A stretch of 62,510 nt of DNA, counting the filler, from Sphacelaria rigidula (taxonomy: Eukaryota): the NCBI GenBank assembly GCA_964200075.2. It is 10 parts of 10 records of this genome, joined end to end, with 100 filler letters (N's around TTAATTAATTAA, not from the genome) between each part and the next. Parts side by side here need not be neighbours in the genome. Positions count along the whole stretch, not along the records: positions 25,045 to 31,205 come from CAXNAA020021852.1; positions 31,306 to 37,466 come from CAXNAA020021853.1; 8 more parts are not named here. One strand, written 5' to 3'. Position numbers and translations under genes: made by a program. Below the pieces are notes generated by a model that worked only from the letters and a program-made list of their open reading frames with translations, searched no databases and was not told the origin of the DNA. Positions 25,138-37,390 of this stretch are shown here, piece after piece. Position 1 is the stretch's first letter; every line of letters starts with the position of its first letter.

Positions 25138-28100
25138 CGTGACATCATCCTGCAGCCTGCGATCGACAGCCTCGGCCGCCATAGGCGTGGTCATTCCCCG
25201 GAGCATGCGGTCGGCGCCCTCCGAGGAAATGGAGCTTGAGGTGGTGGTGGAGTCCATACCAGGGGGAGCGGTCTCGTCTTTGAGGTCAAGGGAAACCTGT
25301 GGTTGGCGATTTTGAGATCGACGGAAATAAATGCGCAGCGTGAACGTGGGCATTAAACAACGAGATATGACACTGTCACACAAGATACGTCCATGTTTCC
25401 TTGTGTTCAGTTAACAGCTTCACGTGCGAAAATATGTACGTGAGATTGAGTTTGTTCCCGAAAACGTTTCTGTAGAACCTAGCTATAGCGGCATAATTTC
25501 CAGCTAGGCGCGCGTCTCTGTATTGTATTTGTTTTTTATGCTGAGTTCAGTTTCTTGTGTTTCATGCATGTACCACGCAGTTTAGATTACACACGTGCAA
25601 ACACAATACACATGCATTGCGAGCCCCCTCATTGTTTTTTTTCTTCATACGGTAATGGTGACCACTGTCGTTAGCGTGAGGCCACTTCTCAGTGTCAACA
25701 AAAAAATCTCTTTGAAAAAAAACATATCCAACCTTCTCCGTCATTTTTCGCCCGAAAAGAGGGTGAAGCGGATTCTGACACCTTGAAATGACTTGCTCTA
25801 CTCGTTTAGAGGGTTTCAGAGCACCTTTGCGCTTTCCGTACATAACAGTTTTGTTTTCGGCCAAAGTTACATTTTCAGTAACAAGCGGCCATATTATAAA
25901 AAAACAGGGCGAACACTGCGTGTTTTTTCAGTACCTCAACCTCTTGTCATTGGAAATGCAAGATTGGCCAAAATCAAAAGTCTGACCTACGGAAAAGCGC
26001 AAATATGCCCTGGAACGGTGTCAATAAGTGGAGCAAGTCATTCTAGGGTGTCAAAATCCACCCAGTCATCTTCTCGTGCGAAAAACGACTGAGGACCCGA
26101 AAAGGCGCTTTCCGACGAGTGTGTTTTTTTGTACAAATAAGACGTGGCCTGGAGCTCACTGGTTCTCATCAACACAGAGAACTTAAAAACGTGGACTGTC
26201 ATGTTCCAAGCTCTACGTTATCGAACAGAGGGAGAGTACCATTGCTCCCCCCCCGAAAGGCAGAGCATGCACTCCAACCCGAACCGAACCTTCACACAAA
26301 GCATTAATTCGACCACGACGATCTATGCTAAAACACGCCAAGACTAATACCGATTTCTACAAACGACCGCAACCCCCTCGATCCCCCCCCCAACACCAGA
26401 TGCTCCGTCTCGAAAGGGGTGCGTGGTCAATGGTCACACGACTAAGGCAAGCAACAAATGAGTACGCCCCCCCCAACACCAGAAATGCATTCGCTACTAC
26501 ACGGATGAAACAAACGGATTGTGTCGTGAAAGGCAGAAACACAAGCAGGACACACTTCACCGTATACCAATGGCATGTTGATATCGTGTCGACCATCCGT
26601 ACACGCCTCTGGTGCGGTACGACAGCTACGCTCTAGGAGAACCTCACCTCCACCAGGCAGATGTCATCCATCGCTCCTGCCTCGCAAGGAATAGACTTGA
26701 GAAGCACCGTCGTACCATCCAGCAGCCTGGTTGTTTGTTTCCACAGGAAGTTCTGTAGATGGGAAAAAGAAGGCCGGGACGCATCCAGAAACAACATAAT
26801 ATACATCTAGAAATATATACTCTATTGATTTTCGGCTTGGACCGTGACCGGTTTTGTCTGCGCACAGCAGAGGGACGTTTGTGGACGAGGACAAAGACTG
26901 CGGGATGACATGCACACAGATATCTGAATGGAAATCGTTATACAGCAGGATGATGGTATGTTCTCTCTGCGGAATCGTTGGGTACTTGCGTGGTAGACGG
27001 AAGAACATACAGCAAGGAAGATAGCCTTTGAAGACACCGTGTGTTGTCACAGTTCATCTACGTGCATCATAATCTGTCTAGCTGTATTTTCTTCTGTACA
27101 TTACTCAGCCCGAGGGTATTTTGCATACCGCCCGGCACCACCGCTACTGATTCACTCACGCACCTCGACATTGCACTCTATACCCCACGACATGCTGACC
27201 GTGCTAGGCTCAGCCTGCTCCGGGCTTGGTTTCGGGTCGGTCACTACACCTGTCCAAATCTGCAGAAGCGGACGACAGAACCGAACTGAAGGTTGTTAGG
27301 ATGGGAACAGAAAGAAGTAAGATGTATTTCTGTTCCGGTTTCGGGCCCAAGGTTCGGGTACGGGTACCGACTCAACGCCGTGCGTGTGTTTCTGTTTGCG
27401 TACAGCGTGTGTAAGGTTTTGACCGGAATAACGGAATTGAAAGTGCTGATGTTTATAGTAGTACCACAATACACTCCTTCTCGTACCTGAATTTTTGCCG
27501 GGTAAAGCAACCCTCTTGGTCCAAGATAGCGCGCAACATTGTCATCAACACTCTTCACTTAATTTTACCCACGAATGTCAGGTACTGCCTCGACCAACAC
27601 GGAAACAACTCCTGACGCTGTATTTCCGGATGAATCTGTAGTTAGCGCCTTGAATCGATCCCGTGCATGACGTGGTCCAGAACTCCGCTCTCACATCCTC
27701 CGGTGAAACATCCCCCTCTGTTCCCCGAAGATACACGTTCCAGAAGAATTATGCCTTGAATACAACTCGGCAAAAGGACACAAATCGTTATTCTACCAGC
27801 GGCAAGAACGTCACATGGATCTAGCCGGGAGCGGAAACAACACTTTGTGCTCACACGGCGAGTGATTCCGTCAGGCAAGATCGCTCCGGGAATGGTAGAG
27901 TAGGATGTCTCCTCGGCGGTGATGATCTGAGCCGCGGTGCAACCCCAAGAATAAGATTAAGAACAGCGCGAAGACGAGAGTAACGGGAGAAACGGGGGGC
28001 GGGGAGGGATAAGTATATCTGAGGTCTATCCAGTGACGCCTGTATCGTTGACGGGCGGGCATCGTATCACTCGTGTGACAAAAAATAATGACATCACTCT

Positions 28101-29971
28101 AGAGTGAACACTGATTTATTTTTCACCATTATTTTATTTGTCGCTCTTTGGACCCCTCCCCTTTCTCGGGACGAGTCCGTGGTCTCAAGGGAACAACCCA
28201 TCTCTCCCCCGGTACACGCCTTGCATTTTGATCTCGCGGGTTGGGTCAGCACTCCGGCACCGCGTCACCTCACGTCAAATAAACTTAGTCGACTACTTTG
28301 TTAACTCACATTCCCACACTTTCCCTGGTGAAAATCAGATACTACGAAGAAAACACCCGACGCATCGGGGATCGAACCCTCGTTTTTCTCCACCCTTGCT
28401 GCGACTGTCGGACCATTACACCACCGGGGCGCAGCGGCTGATATTCGGTTATCAAGAGGGACTGAGTGCTTCTGGCTTGCCCAGAACGATTTATCGCCCT
28501 AATAGGCACCGCAGGGGCCGACTTCTGGTCCGCCAACGCACTCCTTACTCAGACCAACCTACCCCCCCTAGCCCAAGGGTGCTCGTATGCGTTGCGCGGG
28601 GGTTAAGATTAGGGTTAGCGGTTAATAGGTTCATATAAAAATAACACATTTCCGAGAAGGCTCTGTCAGCCATTTTTTTCGACCAAAAGAATGGCCACCC
28701 CTCGTTTGTGTGATTTGATGAAGGACGAGCGTGGCCAAACGCTTTGCTTTACATAAGACAGCGGAAGTTCGATCTGAAGGAGCAGGTTCGTGTTTATTTC
28801 GTGGTATCATGGCACGCGCGGCGCCTCTTTCACGACCGAGGGAAATGGGGTTAGGAAGCCCTCCGGGAGAAAACAAGTACAAACATATTCTTGGCCTATT
28901 CATGTGTAACTCGTTCTTCTTCTTCTTCTTCTTCTTTCCATTGCCTACGCGCGTCCACACTGTACCTCAGGCCATCATCCAGAAGTTGATTGATTATAGA
29001 CTTTGATCGGTTTCTGCACGCCGGAAAGCAAGCACAGCAGAAACTTCACCTGGTCGGTCTGGACGAAGAATTGTAGCACCGGGGCGTTTTGAGCCGCTGG
29101 CAGGCCATCGCAATCCAGTGCTCCCAGCTGAACGGAACTTAGCACTGCCGTCAAAACCAAGAAAACGGCGATGACGAAAAAATAAAAAAGAGACATTTTT
29201 CAGGTTATGCAATAAATCAACCTGTCACTACAAACATGCGGTGCTCAACTGTAGAGCACATACCATGCTCTATTTTCAAAGCCTTTCGACTGTAAGATCC
29301 TTCGTTGATACCCATCCATGTTGTTCGGGACAAAGAAGCTTCCACTTTCGAGTACCCGCTAATCCTGCAGGATCTCGGCCAGAAACAAAATATGCTCTTC
29401 TTTTTTTTTTTCCTTTCTAGTCCATGTTGCACCGGATGAATACGCATAATTGAAAAAGAAACAAAAATAAGAACAAAAACAAAAACGAATGCCTGGGTTT
29501 GCCTGTCGAGGGTACTGTCTCTACGATCTATCCGACATCGCCAATACTCAACGAGTAATGCAACCTATTCTCTCCAGTGTTCCAAATACTTCGAGCGCCC
29601 CTCCCCACCCCGGTGCGGGCTGGCCACAAGTAAAAAATGGGATACAACTGCGCGGTCAAAAGGGGTATGTTCCATCCTCCGATGAGACGGAAGCCATGCG
29701 TCTCACCGGTGACCTGCCCATCTTCCTCAAGCTTCTCCGTCACTTCATCCGCGACGTCCGATGATACCAACTCATCCGCCCCTGCAGCCGAATAACCATC
29801 TTCGGGGACCGGGTACACCGTAACACCCGCAACCGGTACTGAGTCACTGCTGGCTTGTGCGCGGCGCTTAGCCATCATCGCCGACCTTGACGTGTTACCG
29901 TCTACTGCCGGCGGCCCCCACAGGACGGCGATCGCTGCGGTCAGAGCCAGAGTCGTGCCGGCCCGCATCAT
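25138..29971 (-). pseudogene. 5' part of a secreted-protein gene, apparently disrupted; exons ~29971-29707, 29127-28966, ~27927-27857, ~27717-27487, ~26754-26648, ~25296-25138
   Basis: Signal peptide MMRAGTTLALTAAIAVLWG; GT-AG bounded exons (e.g. NFLWKQTTRLLDGTTVLLKSIPCEAGAMDDICLVE; VSLDLKDE...DRRLQDDVT). Exon 2 has a stop in every frame and exon 4 needs frameshifts. Confidence 0.55.
28130..28430 (-). mobile_element. tRNA-derived SINE, family 2 (~300 bp)
   Basis: Minus-strand head GCCCCGGTGGTGTAATGG (A box) ... GGTTCGATCCCC (B box). Its 3' part recurs on + at ~47688-47745 and ~49632-49700. Confidence 0.75.
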
Positions 29972-30719
29972 GCTCCACCGGATTTTCCTTCCCTCTACCT
30001 GCGGTATTTGTTTTGTCCAGTTCGTGCTTGTGTTTCAGGTTTGAAGGCGTGCGGAGTCAGAACTTCGGAGCTTCAGCCATGATCAGCGGCGTTTTTTTTC
30101 ATTCCCATTCATGTGATAAATCGAAGGGGTGTCTCGATTCACACGTATGTTACATTTTACGTTCGATCAAAGCATCATGAACCAACGTCTTTTGTTTCAG
30201 GCAGCCGCACGACTGCCGATGTTGTGTCCGATTATATCTATCACTTTCTCGTAGTTGTCGATTTGGGGCGGGATTCTATGGCTTCCTAGAGCAGAGGAGA
30301 CGCTGCGACGGTTACTTATCCAAAAAGTAGCTGCGCGAGTAGGGCTTCCCCCGTATATTTTTCGTTCATCGACGTGGAGTAGTACGGACGTGCTGTGAAG
30401 CGATGACAGGCACTCTTTACTCGACTCTTCATTTCTGTACCCAGAGTACAGCGTGAATAGCCCCCATTGGGCACTGTCTGGGAGCAATCAATCGCATTTG
30501 ATCTCTGCTTATGGGGCACTCAGTCATTCCCCGTCCCGCCCTTGCGTATTTTCGATAATACAGAAGGCAGGCACTACGAGCATTTTCACCCACCACGTGG
30601 AATTTTTCTTCAACGGTGAACATGTTCGACGTCTCTCAAGTTCTTCATGAGCGACTGTGTGTGATGAAACAACCATGTGGAAGACGAGGAGGTTGACGCG
30701 GCGGACTCTCTCGGATGCA

Positions 30720-31655
30720 CCCTACTCTACAGTAGTGAGCTTATGAATGTCAACCCTTTTGGGCCCAGACTCCCCGAAACTTGGGGGTTTGCACGCAGCC
30801 AGGGGCCTTTTTTGTGAATCGACATCACTATGTTCAAACATTTTTAAGCAAACATGATGCCGATTCAAACGAAGGCACTCGCGTGCGAACCGTACCTTCC
30901 TGGAAGTCCGGGTTAATGTGATACCGAACAAGGACACTTCCTACGATAGCTCCTCACCCCCCCAAAAAAGTGGCTGGTTTGGGGAGGCAAAATCTTGCCG
31001 TAAATTGGAATGGAAAAAGTCGAGCACAACGAGCGGCTGGGTATTTCCACGCTTGGGGTAGTTTTCGCCAATGACGCCCACATGAGGCGCTTCATGCAGC
31101 CTGAACCCAAACATTAGGCGAGGAATGAACATTTTTTTTCTCCACACTTTTGGGCTGGTTTTGGGGGGGTGTACTCATGATCATGCATGCCATAGTCGTA
31201 AGACCNNNNNNNNNNNNNNNNNNNNNNNNNNNNNNNNNNNNNNNNNNNNTTAATTAATTAANNNNNNNNNNNNNNNNNNNNNNNNNNNNNNNNNNNNNNN
31301 NNNNNGATGCGTGGTCAATGGTCAAACGACTAAGGCAAGCAACACATGAGAACGCCCCCCCCCCCCCCCCCCCCCTCTTCTTCCTCCCCCGCTAAGGGTG
31401 AAACGGGTCAGGACACTATCTACGAAAGCTCCCGACCAAACTTGCCTAGTTTGGGGAGGGGCAATCTTCACGTAAATCGAAATGAAAAAAGCCGAGCACA
31501 AAGAGAAGCTGGGAATTCCCGTGCTTGAGTCCGTTCTCGCCAATGTCGCCCAGATGAGGCGCTTCATGCACCCTGAACCCAAACATCAGGCGCTGTATGA
31601 CCATTTTTGTCGTGACTCTTTTGGGCTGGCTTTTGGGGGGGGGGGGGGGGGGCTA
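30720..31655. mobile_element. Two partial copies (30720-31205; 31306-31655, on separate contigs) of a TIR/MITE family with terminus (G)GATGCGTGGTCAATGGTC...GAGTACGCCCCC
   Basis: Shared body CATGAGGCGCTTCATGCA.CCTGAACCCAAACAT.AGGCG. The terminus or body recurs at 24864-24944, 25045-25098, 26416-26473, 36270-36322 and 45220-45277. Confidence 0.75.
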
Positions 31656-31795
31656 TCATAGGAAGTGTCTCAAGTGTGACCGACCGTCAACGAATCGATT
31701 TATCGATACTTAAAACAAACTCCGAGCAACCAAACTCACATAGAGCTCACTCTGCAACACCCCCCCCACACACACACACAACACATGATACTCAC

Positions 31796-31989
31796 ACAAT
31801 GGAAGAGACGACGAGGGACAGCATCTGGCGGGTGGTCATGATGATGGTGAAGATGATCGGCCCGAACTTCTTGATCGTGTAGAAAATGAACAGCTGGCCG
31901 GTGGCGGATGTTACCGACAGGGTGCACACGTGCACGACAGACTCCGGGTACAGGGCCATGAACTCGAACGCTTGGTGAAACTGCCCGCT
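31796..31989 (-). CDS. Internal exon of a UAA-family nucleotide-sugar/PAPS transporter (SLC35B2/PAPST1-like)
   Basis: Translates SGQFHQAFEFMALYPESVVHVCTLSVTSATGQLFIFYTIKKFGPIIFTIIMTTRQMLSLVVSSI between aacag| and |gtgag. GQLFIFYTI..FG...FTIIMT.RQ is characteristic of this family. Not shown in this frame in the ORF track. Confidence 0.85.
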
Positions 31990-32100
31990 CTGTTTCCGTT
32001 GAGATTGCCCCGCGATCCCCAGCGCCCCGAAAAAAAAGAAGAAGAAACGAATACAGGCGACGCGAAAGAAAACGATTCATGAATCTTCACTTACTGTTAC

Positions 32101-32995
32101 CGTGTTGTCATCTCATCTATTCTGGACGTCGGTCTACACCTTTCGGTATACAGTAGTGGGCGGCCTAACTATTCATTTTGTGGCATTTTGTGATTAATCG
32201 GTATTGCCGACTTTCTTGGGCTATTCTCGCTTGCAACCGCTCATCACATTGGGAATCTGAAGATATTTGTATTGGCTCCACATTCCAAAAAAAAAAAAAA
32301 CGTACTCGATATTGAGTGAATTTACGGGCTGACCGGTCATCGGGGATCCTGCCACGTTTCAGCACATATTCTTACTCTTTGGCGTTGTCGGTCGATCGAG
32401 CCTGTCCCAATCATACCTGTGAAGAAATGTACAGGTTCATTTTTTCAATTCTACTTGCTCATAGCACGAGAGCTGAAAAACTATGTTTCACGGTCAATAA
32501 CACCCTCCTGATAAACAAGGTATTTACTAGTATCGCCCGATAACACCAACTAACACTCACTTGGACACTGCGTTTCGAGGATAATCGGTCTCTGTACCAA
32601 AATCTACCGACGCTAGCAATTTCGAGTTCTATCGAAGAGACGTACGCGAGGAAAAACCCCGGAACACCCCTGAACAGTTCGACCGCCCACTACTGTATGT
32701 GGGCGCATCAGCCGGGGTCACACAGGACGAAGGCCAACACAGGAGTCTCTTCGTTGATATTTGTTATGGGCCTCCACCTTCCTTCTGAGGTGTTTGCCTT
32801 TCATTTTTATCGCGAGAGGGGTTCAGCATTCCTCTTCCCTCGTCGACCGTTTAGTCGACTTTTGTGTACCCACGACATGTTCACTCTCCACCGTTGGGCA
32901 CTGTGTGAGAAAAATTCCCAGATCACTCCGAGATTCGAACCCACGACCCAACGGTCACAAGGTTTCGAAGGTACCGACTGAGCCAACAGGTCGAT
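32101..32995 (-). mobile_element. SINE family 1 copy split by a MITE
   Basis: 32101-32150 and 32698-32995 rejoin to the consensus TTTCGGTATATGTGGGCGC. Confidence 0.88.
32151..32695. mobile_element. 545-bp Tc1/mariner/pogo-type MITE with TA target-site duplication
   Basis: 25-bp TIRs CAGTAGTGGGCGGCCTAACTATTCA / CAGTAGTGGGCGGTCGAACTGTTCA (3 mismatches); TA at 32149-32150 and 32696-32697. Confidence 0.92.
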
Positions 32996-34349
32996 TGATC
33001 ACACTATACTTGATCTACCATACTACACACGCGGCCATTCGGCTATCCCCATAAAAACCCTTCATCGCGATTTTCATCATCTCGAGGGTAAAATACCATC
33101 TAGAGGGTATTTCATCCCCAGGTGCGGTCATAAACGAATCCTCTGGAGGGCATCCGATGCTCCAGTGACTTCTGAGGTCTAAATTCCTCAAGAGTGTTGT
33201 AAAAACAAATGGTGCTCTGGAGGGCCGCGCATCCTCCGAATTCCTCCGAAGGAATGCGCGGCCCTCCGAAGGAATAACAAGCCTCTGGAGGCGTTCAATT
33301 CCTCTGGAGACCCGAAAACTTGACCGGAACAGAGCATTTCGGGGGGTAGCCGAATGAACACATATGCACCATGCATTCACCGCTCGTGCAGGTAGGATAA
33401 GGAAAAAAGATATCGCAAGAAGAACGCGAGACCCCGCGCGTACCAAAGAACAAATTCAAGCATGACGCTCGCTTAAGAGCAAAATCATACCTTGTATAGA
33501 TCGACTCCTCAAGCCAAGATTTAGTGTTGTGAGTCGTCAGGCTTTCGTTTTCTTGTTTTCTGGTGGACTATGGCCCCGAGTATATATATATATATATATT
33601 ATTCTCATGATTTTTGTATATCTGCACGCCGAGTTCCGAGTTCATGCACGCAGGTGCAACAGGCACGATGCCTGACAGCGCAGCATTCCTCCGAAGTCCG
33701 AAGCACCAGCGGCCAGCATTTCATTCTTCGTTTCTGCTCTCCCGGCTTTTCCTGGAAATTTCCCGTTTCCCTACGCCGGAATTTCCCTCTTACTCTGGAA
33801 CGAGTGATTTTCCTAGTCGTTTGCCTCTCCTCTGTGCCAGTGAGGCAGGCGCTCACCAGAATCCCACGTTCTACTTTGATTTCTTTTTTCTGTCCATGTG
33901 CTTTTCGTAGCAGATCTGCAAGTATTTTTATTTCTTCACCCCGTTTTTCTTGGCGTCTCTCTTCTTATTTAAATTTTGGTAATACTTCAGGTAATTGCAT
34001 TTGGTCATGTAAATATGCTGGAGTATCTGAAAAAATGATGGGGGACTCAATAATGATAACAATAACAACAACAATAACATTAACAAAAACATTAATAATA
34101 ACTCCGGATGGCCCTACTTCCCTAGGAATTCGACGCCCGGAACCAGTGGTACCTGTGACGTTCGAAGCCGTTTGACTCCAGTTTCGCGCTGGTGGTGTAC
34201 CAATATTTGACTGTTTTGGTTCATCGTGATGTAACGCACTATCCCGTCTTTTTCTGGGAGTTTGTTCCTTTCGTGTTCGCCACTGCTTCCCTTCGCGGAA
34301 TTTGCCATATTTCTCCGTGGAACTTATTCGCAGCACTTTTATTTCAGTA

Positions 34350-34679
34350 GACTTTACCACTCGGTAGTTGACAGTTCTCGGAAATTTCCGGTTTGTGATA
34401 GGTGCAATATTGGATTTTTGTGTGGACACCGAAATCCGGATCTTTGGCGGGGCTATGCTCCTGGCGTGCTCCCAAGTAGCATGCGCAGAACGCGTTTTGA
34501 GGTCTGGCAACGCACACTTTGCTTAAGCAACACGTTCCATCCCCCTTGCCCGAGGTTTCTCGATATGTCTTCGTTGGGGTTGGGGTTAGGGTTAGGGTTA
34601 GTGTTATTCAAAATGCATCAGCACCTGCACAAACCATAAATTTCCGAGAAATATCTGTCAACTACAGAGAGGTAAAGTC
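34350..34679. mobile_element. MITE-like element with ~40-bp TIRs and an internal telomere-like tract
   Basis: GACTTTACCACTCGGTAGTTGACAG..TTCTCGGAAATTT vs the reverse complement of 34638-34679; GTTGGGGTTGGGGTTAGGGTTAGGGTTAG at 34573-34601. Confidence 0.7.
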
Positions 34680-35439
34680 ACCTCCCTTATTCGTTTGGAG
34701 CTTACCGCGTGCCGCGCCGTGGCACAAGCGTGCCCCACGCCTCCGACGGGAGGAGAGTGCTGTGAAAGTGAAGTAAAAGTCTGAGTGAAGATCCCGTTCT
34801 GGATTGCTGTTGCGGTAATCTTCAACTCTTCACTTCATATGATTAGACCGTCAATCCTCACATCGCGGGGGAAGTCCATCTGGATCATGCATACTTTCTT
34901 CAAGTGAAATTGATGCCGCTTAAAAAGAGATGACCTACTCTCCACGTCCAGGGGAAAGATAATATTACGCGGACAACAACATTGCCTCGGTTAAGATCGA
35001 TCTCGCTGAGCACTGCGGCGTCAGTCAGTCAGGACACGAGTCGTACAGTGGATGGATGGAGTGCAGTTCTGCAGTACACAGCAAGTACAGAACAAAACAG
35101 TGTAGAGACGTGTACCACGATGTGTTCAAACTAAGATCCATTTTTTCGCACAGAGACGTTTCGTCTGGCGTCTTACGATATGACTCGTCTCCAAACTGTT
35201 GTAGTTGCATTATATCGATCTGGTTTCCCCCGGGAATGTATACCGCTACAAGTTGTGCTTTACCAGATGGGTCCCTACAGTAGACAGTACATTAGTATGG
35301 CGGCCGAAACTGTTATGAAGGCCTTTTCGCTTATCCCCTCTTCCCGCAGTAGGATTGTAAAAAAAAAAAACGTCACCCATCACGCTGAGAAGTTGTGGAA
35401 TCAGCATCATTCTTAGGCCCTTTTCAAGCAAGAGTACTA

Positions 35440-35571
35440 AAAAAAACTAAAAGAAAGAACTCCTGTGTTGGCCTTCCTCCTGTGTAACCCCGGCTGGTGC
35501 ACCCACATATTATTTACCGAAAAATGTATACCGGCGTCCAGAACAGATGGAACGATAACACACGACAACAC
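35440..35571 (+). mobile_element. SINE family 1, 3' fragment
   Basis: TCCTGTGTTGGCCTTCCTCCTGTGTAACCCCGGCTGGTGCACCCACAT...ACACACGACAACAC. Confidence 0.75.
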
Positions 35572-36716
35572 AGTGATGCCGATGCTTCAAATGAAAATTT
35601 CCGGCGCTAAAGGGATTTACCAGAAGCTGGTGGTCTGACGGAGCATGTATCTGTCGGTGAGCACAGTGACGGAGAGTTCTTCAGTGCGTCATGCAACCCC
35701 TTTCCCCTGAGCCGTTGTCTTCTGTGATCTTTGGTGACGCGTACGATCGGTAAGATGATGCCGGTTTGCATTAACCCCTCGGCCGCGAGAGTATCTGATC
35801 TGGGTCATGCATGATTTTTTCAAGTGAAATCGATGCCGATCCAACAGATGATCTATTCTCGCCGTCTAAACATGATAATGTTGGCGAAAACCCGTTAGGG
35901 ATGCAAGAATCAGGCTGCTAGATTACCGAAACTGCTGGGTATGTGGATGGAGGAATGAAACATGATACTGATGTAGATGAGTAGGGGGTTCGAGCCCGGC
36001 CACACTGGATATCTACAAGGACTTTTTTTCCCCTCCTCTACACATGAAACAACCCAGTAGGGGTAGTGATGAAGTTGCTAAGCAACAGCAAGAGGAGTTC
36101 ATCTGTTGGATTGGCATCAACTTCAACTGGGGGGGGGGGGGGGGGAGCTTGATTTTTTCGTCGTTCATTGCCCTTTCGCCCATCACATCCCTGCTGNNNN
36201 NNNNNNACGCAGGAACGGAGGAGGTGGGGTTGTCTCGAGAGCCGGCGGAGTAGGGGGTGGGGGGGGGGGGGGGGGGGGGCCGGCGTACTCATTTGTTGCT
36301 TGCCTTAGTCGTTTGACCATTGCAACTTCAACTGGGAGAGAAATACATGATCCATGGCCTACAATCTTCCGTGGGAAAATCCTAAAACACGCATGGTTGA
36401 CTTGGTGAGCTTTTCGGCTGTTAGCGACATTGGGGGATCGAGTACAGCGACTCTTGCTTCTCGGGATCTCAGCTGACTTCTTGGGTTTGCAACCATTATC
36501 TGAGATGTCCATGTAAGCATTAACCATACTACTAACGTAATGACTATGGCCAGTTTTAACCGGTACCATTTCCGAGCTCTACTTGTATTTATGTTGCGTT
36601 GTCTCCGTAATCTCAGAAAAAGCACACGAACGCTCACTTCAATGTGAAGAATAGTAGTAGAAGTGATGGTACTGGAAAGGCGAGCTCTGTGAACCCGGGT
36701 TGGAGAGATCGGGCTC

Positions 36717-37081
36717 GTGTGTGTGTTGTCTACCCCTCTTTTCTGGACGCCGGTCTACACCTTTCGGTATATGTGGGCGCACCAGCCGGGGTCACACAGG
36801 GGAAAGGTCAACACGGGGCCTTTTCCTCTTGTATTTGTTTCAAGTACCCCACCTTCCTTTGCAATGCTCACCTTTTTCTTTCTTTTTTTATCGCGAGAGG
36901 GGTTCAGCAGTCCCTTTCCCTCGTCGACCGTTAAGTCGAATTTTGTGTACCCAGGACATAGTCGCTCTCCACTGTTGGGCATGGTGTGAGAAACAATTCG
37001 ATATCGCTCCGAGAATTGAAGCCACCACCCAACCGTCAGAAGGTTTTGAGGCTACCAAATGAGCCACCAAGGCGACCGGCC
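36717..37081 (-). mobile_element. SINE family 1 copy
   Basis: Full-length colinear copy; head GGCCGGTCGCCTTGGTGGCTCATTTGG. Confidence 0.88.
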
Positions 37082-37084
37082 GAA

Positions 37085-37390
37085 GCGAAATGTATTGAGC
37101 CTGGCAGAAAAGGTTCCGCGAGTTCAGCGCTGGCACAACTTCCTCAGTGCGTACACTTACGAAATCAAGTACAAGTCAGGGTGTGTCAACGCAAACGCCG
37201 ACCGGTTGTCGCGTCCACCACAACCGCCTAATGATAATGATGTCTAAGGATGCCCAAATCACGAACCCGGGAGACATGAATGTCTATTTCATTGGTGATA
37301 GAGGGGTTTGGCAGCGCAATTTTGATTGCCCGACCAGGAGGGGACACATAAGATCTGTAGTGAGTACCCACGATTCAAATTTGAATGGGC
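37085..37390 (+). pseudogene. Gypsy RNase H C-terminal fragment
   Basis: RVQRWHNFLSAYTYEIKYKSGCVNANADRLSR matches the Gypsy RNase H end motif and is followed by a stop/frameshift. Confidence 0.85.

Noticed and set aside
28975..28977. In-frame TGA as selenocysteine
   Set aside because: No redox motif context, and other exons of the gene are also disrupted.
33570..34510. 201-aa and 181-aa ORFs
   Set aside because: Low-complexity, repeat-derived sequence with no motifs or convincing splice structure.
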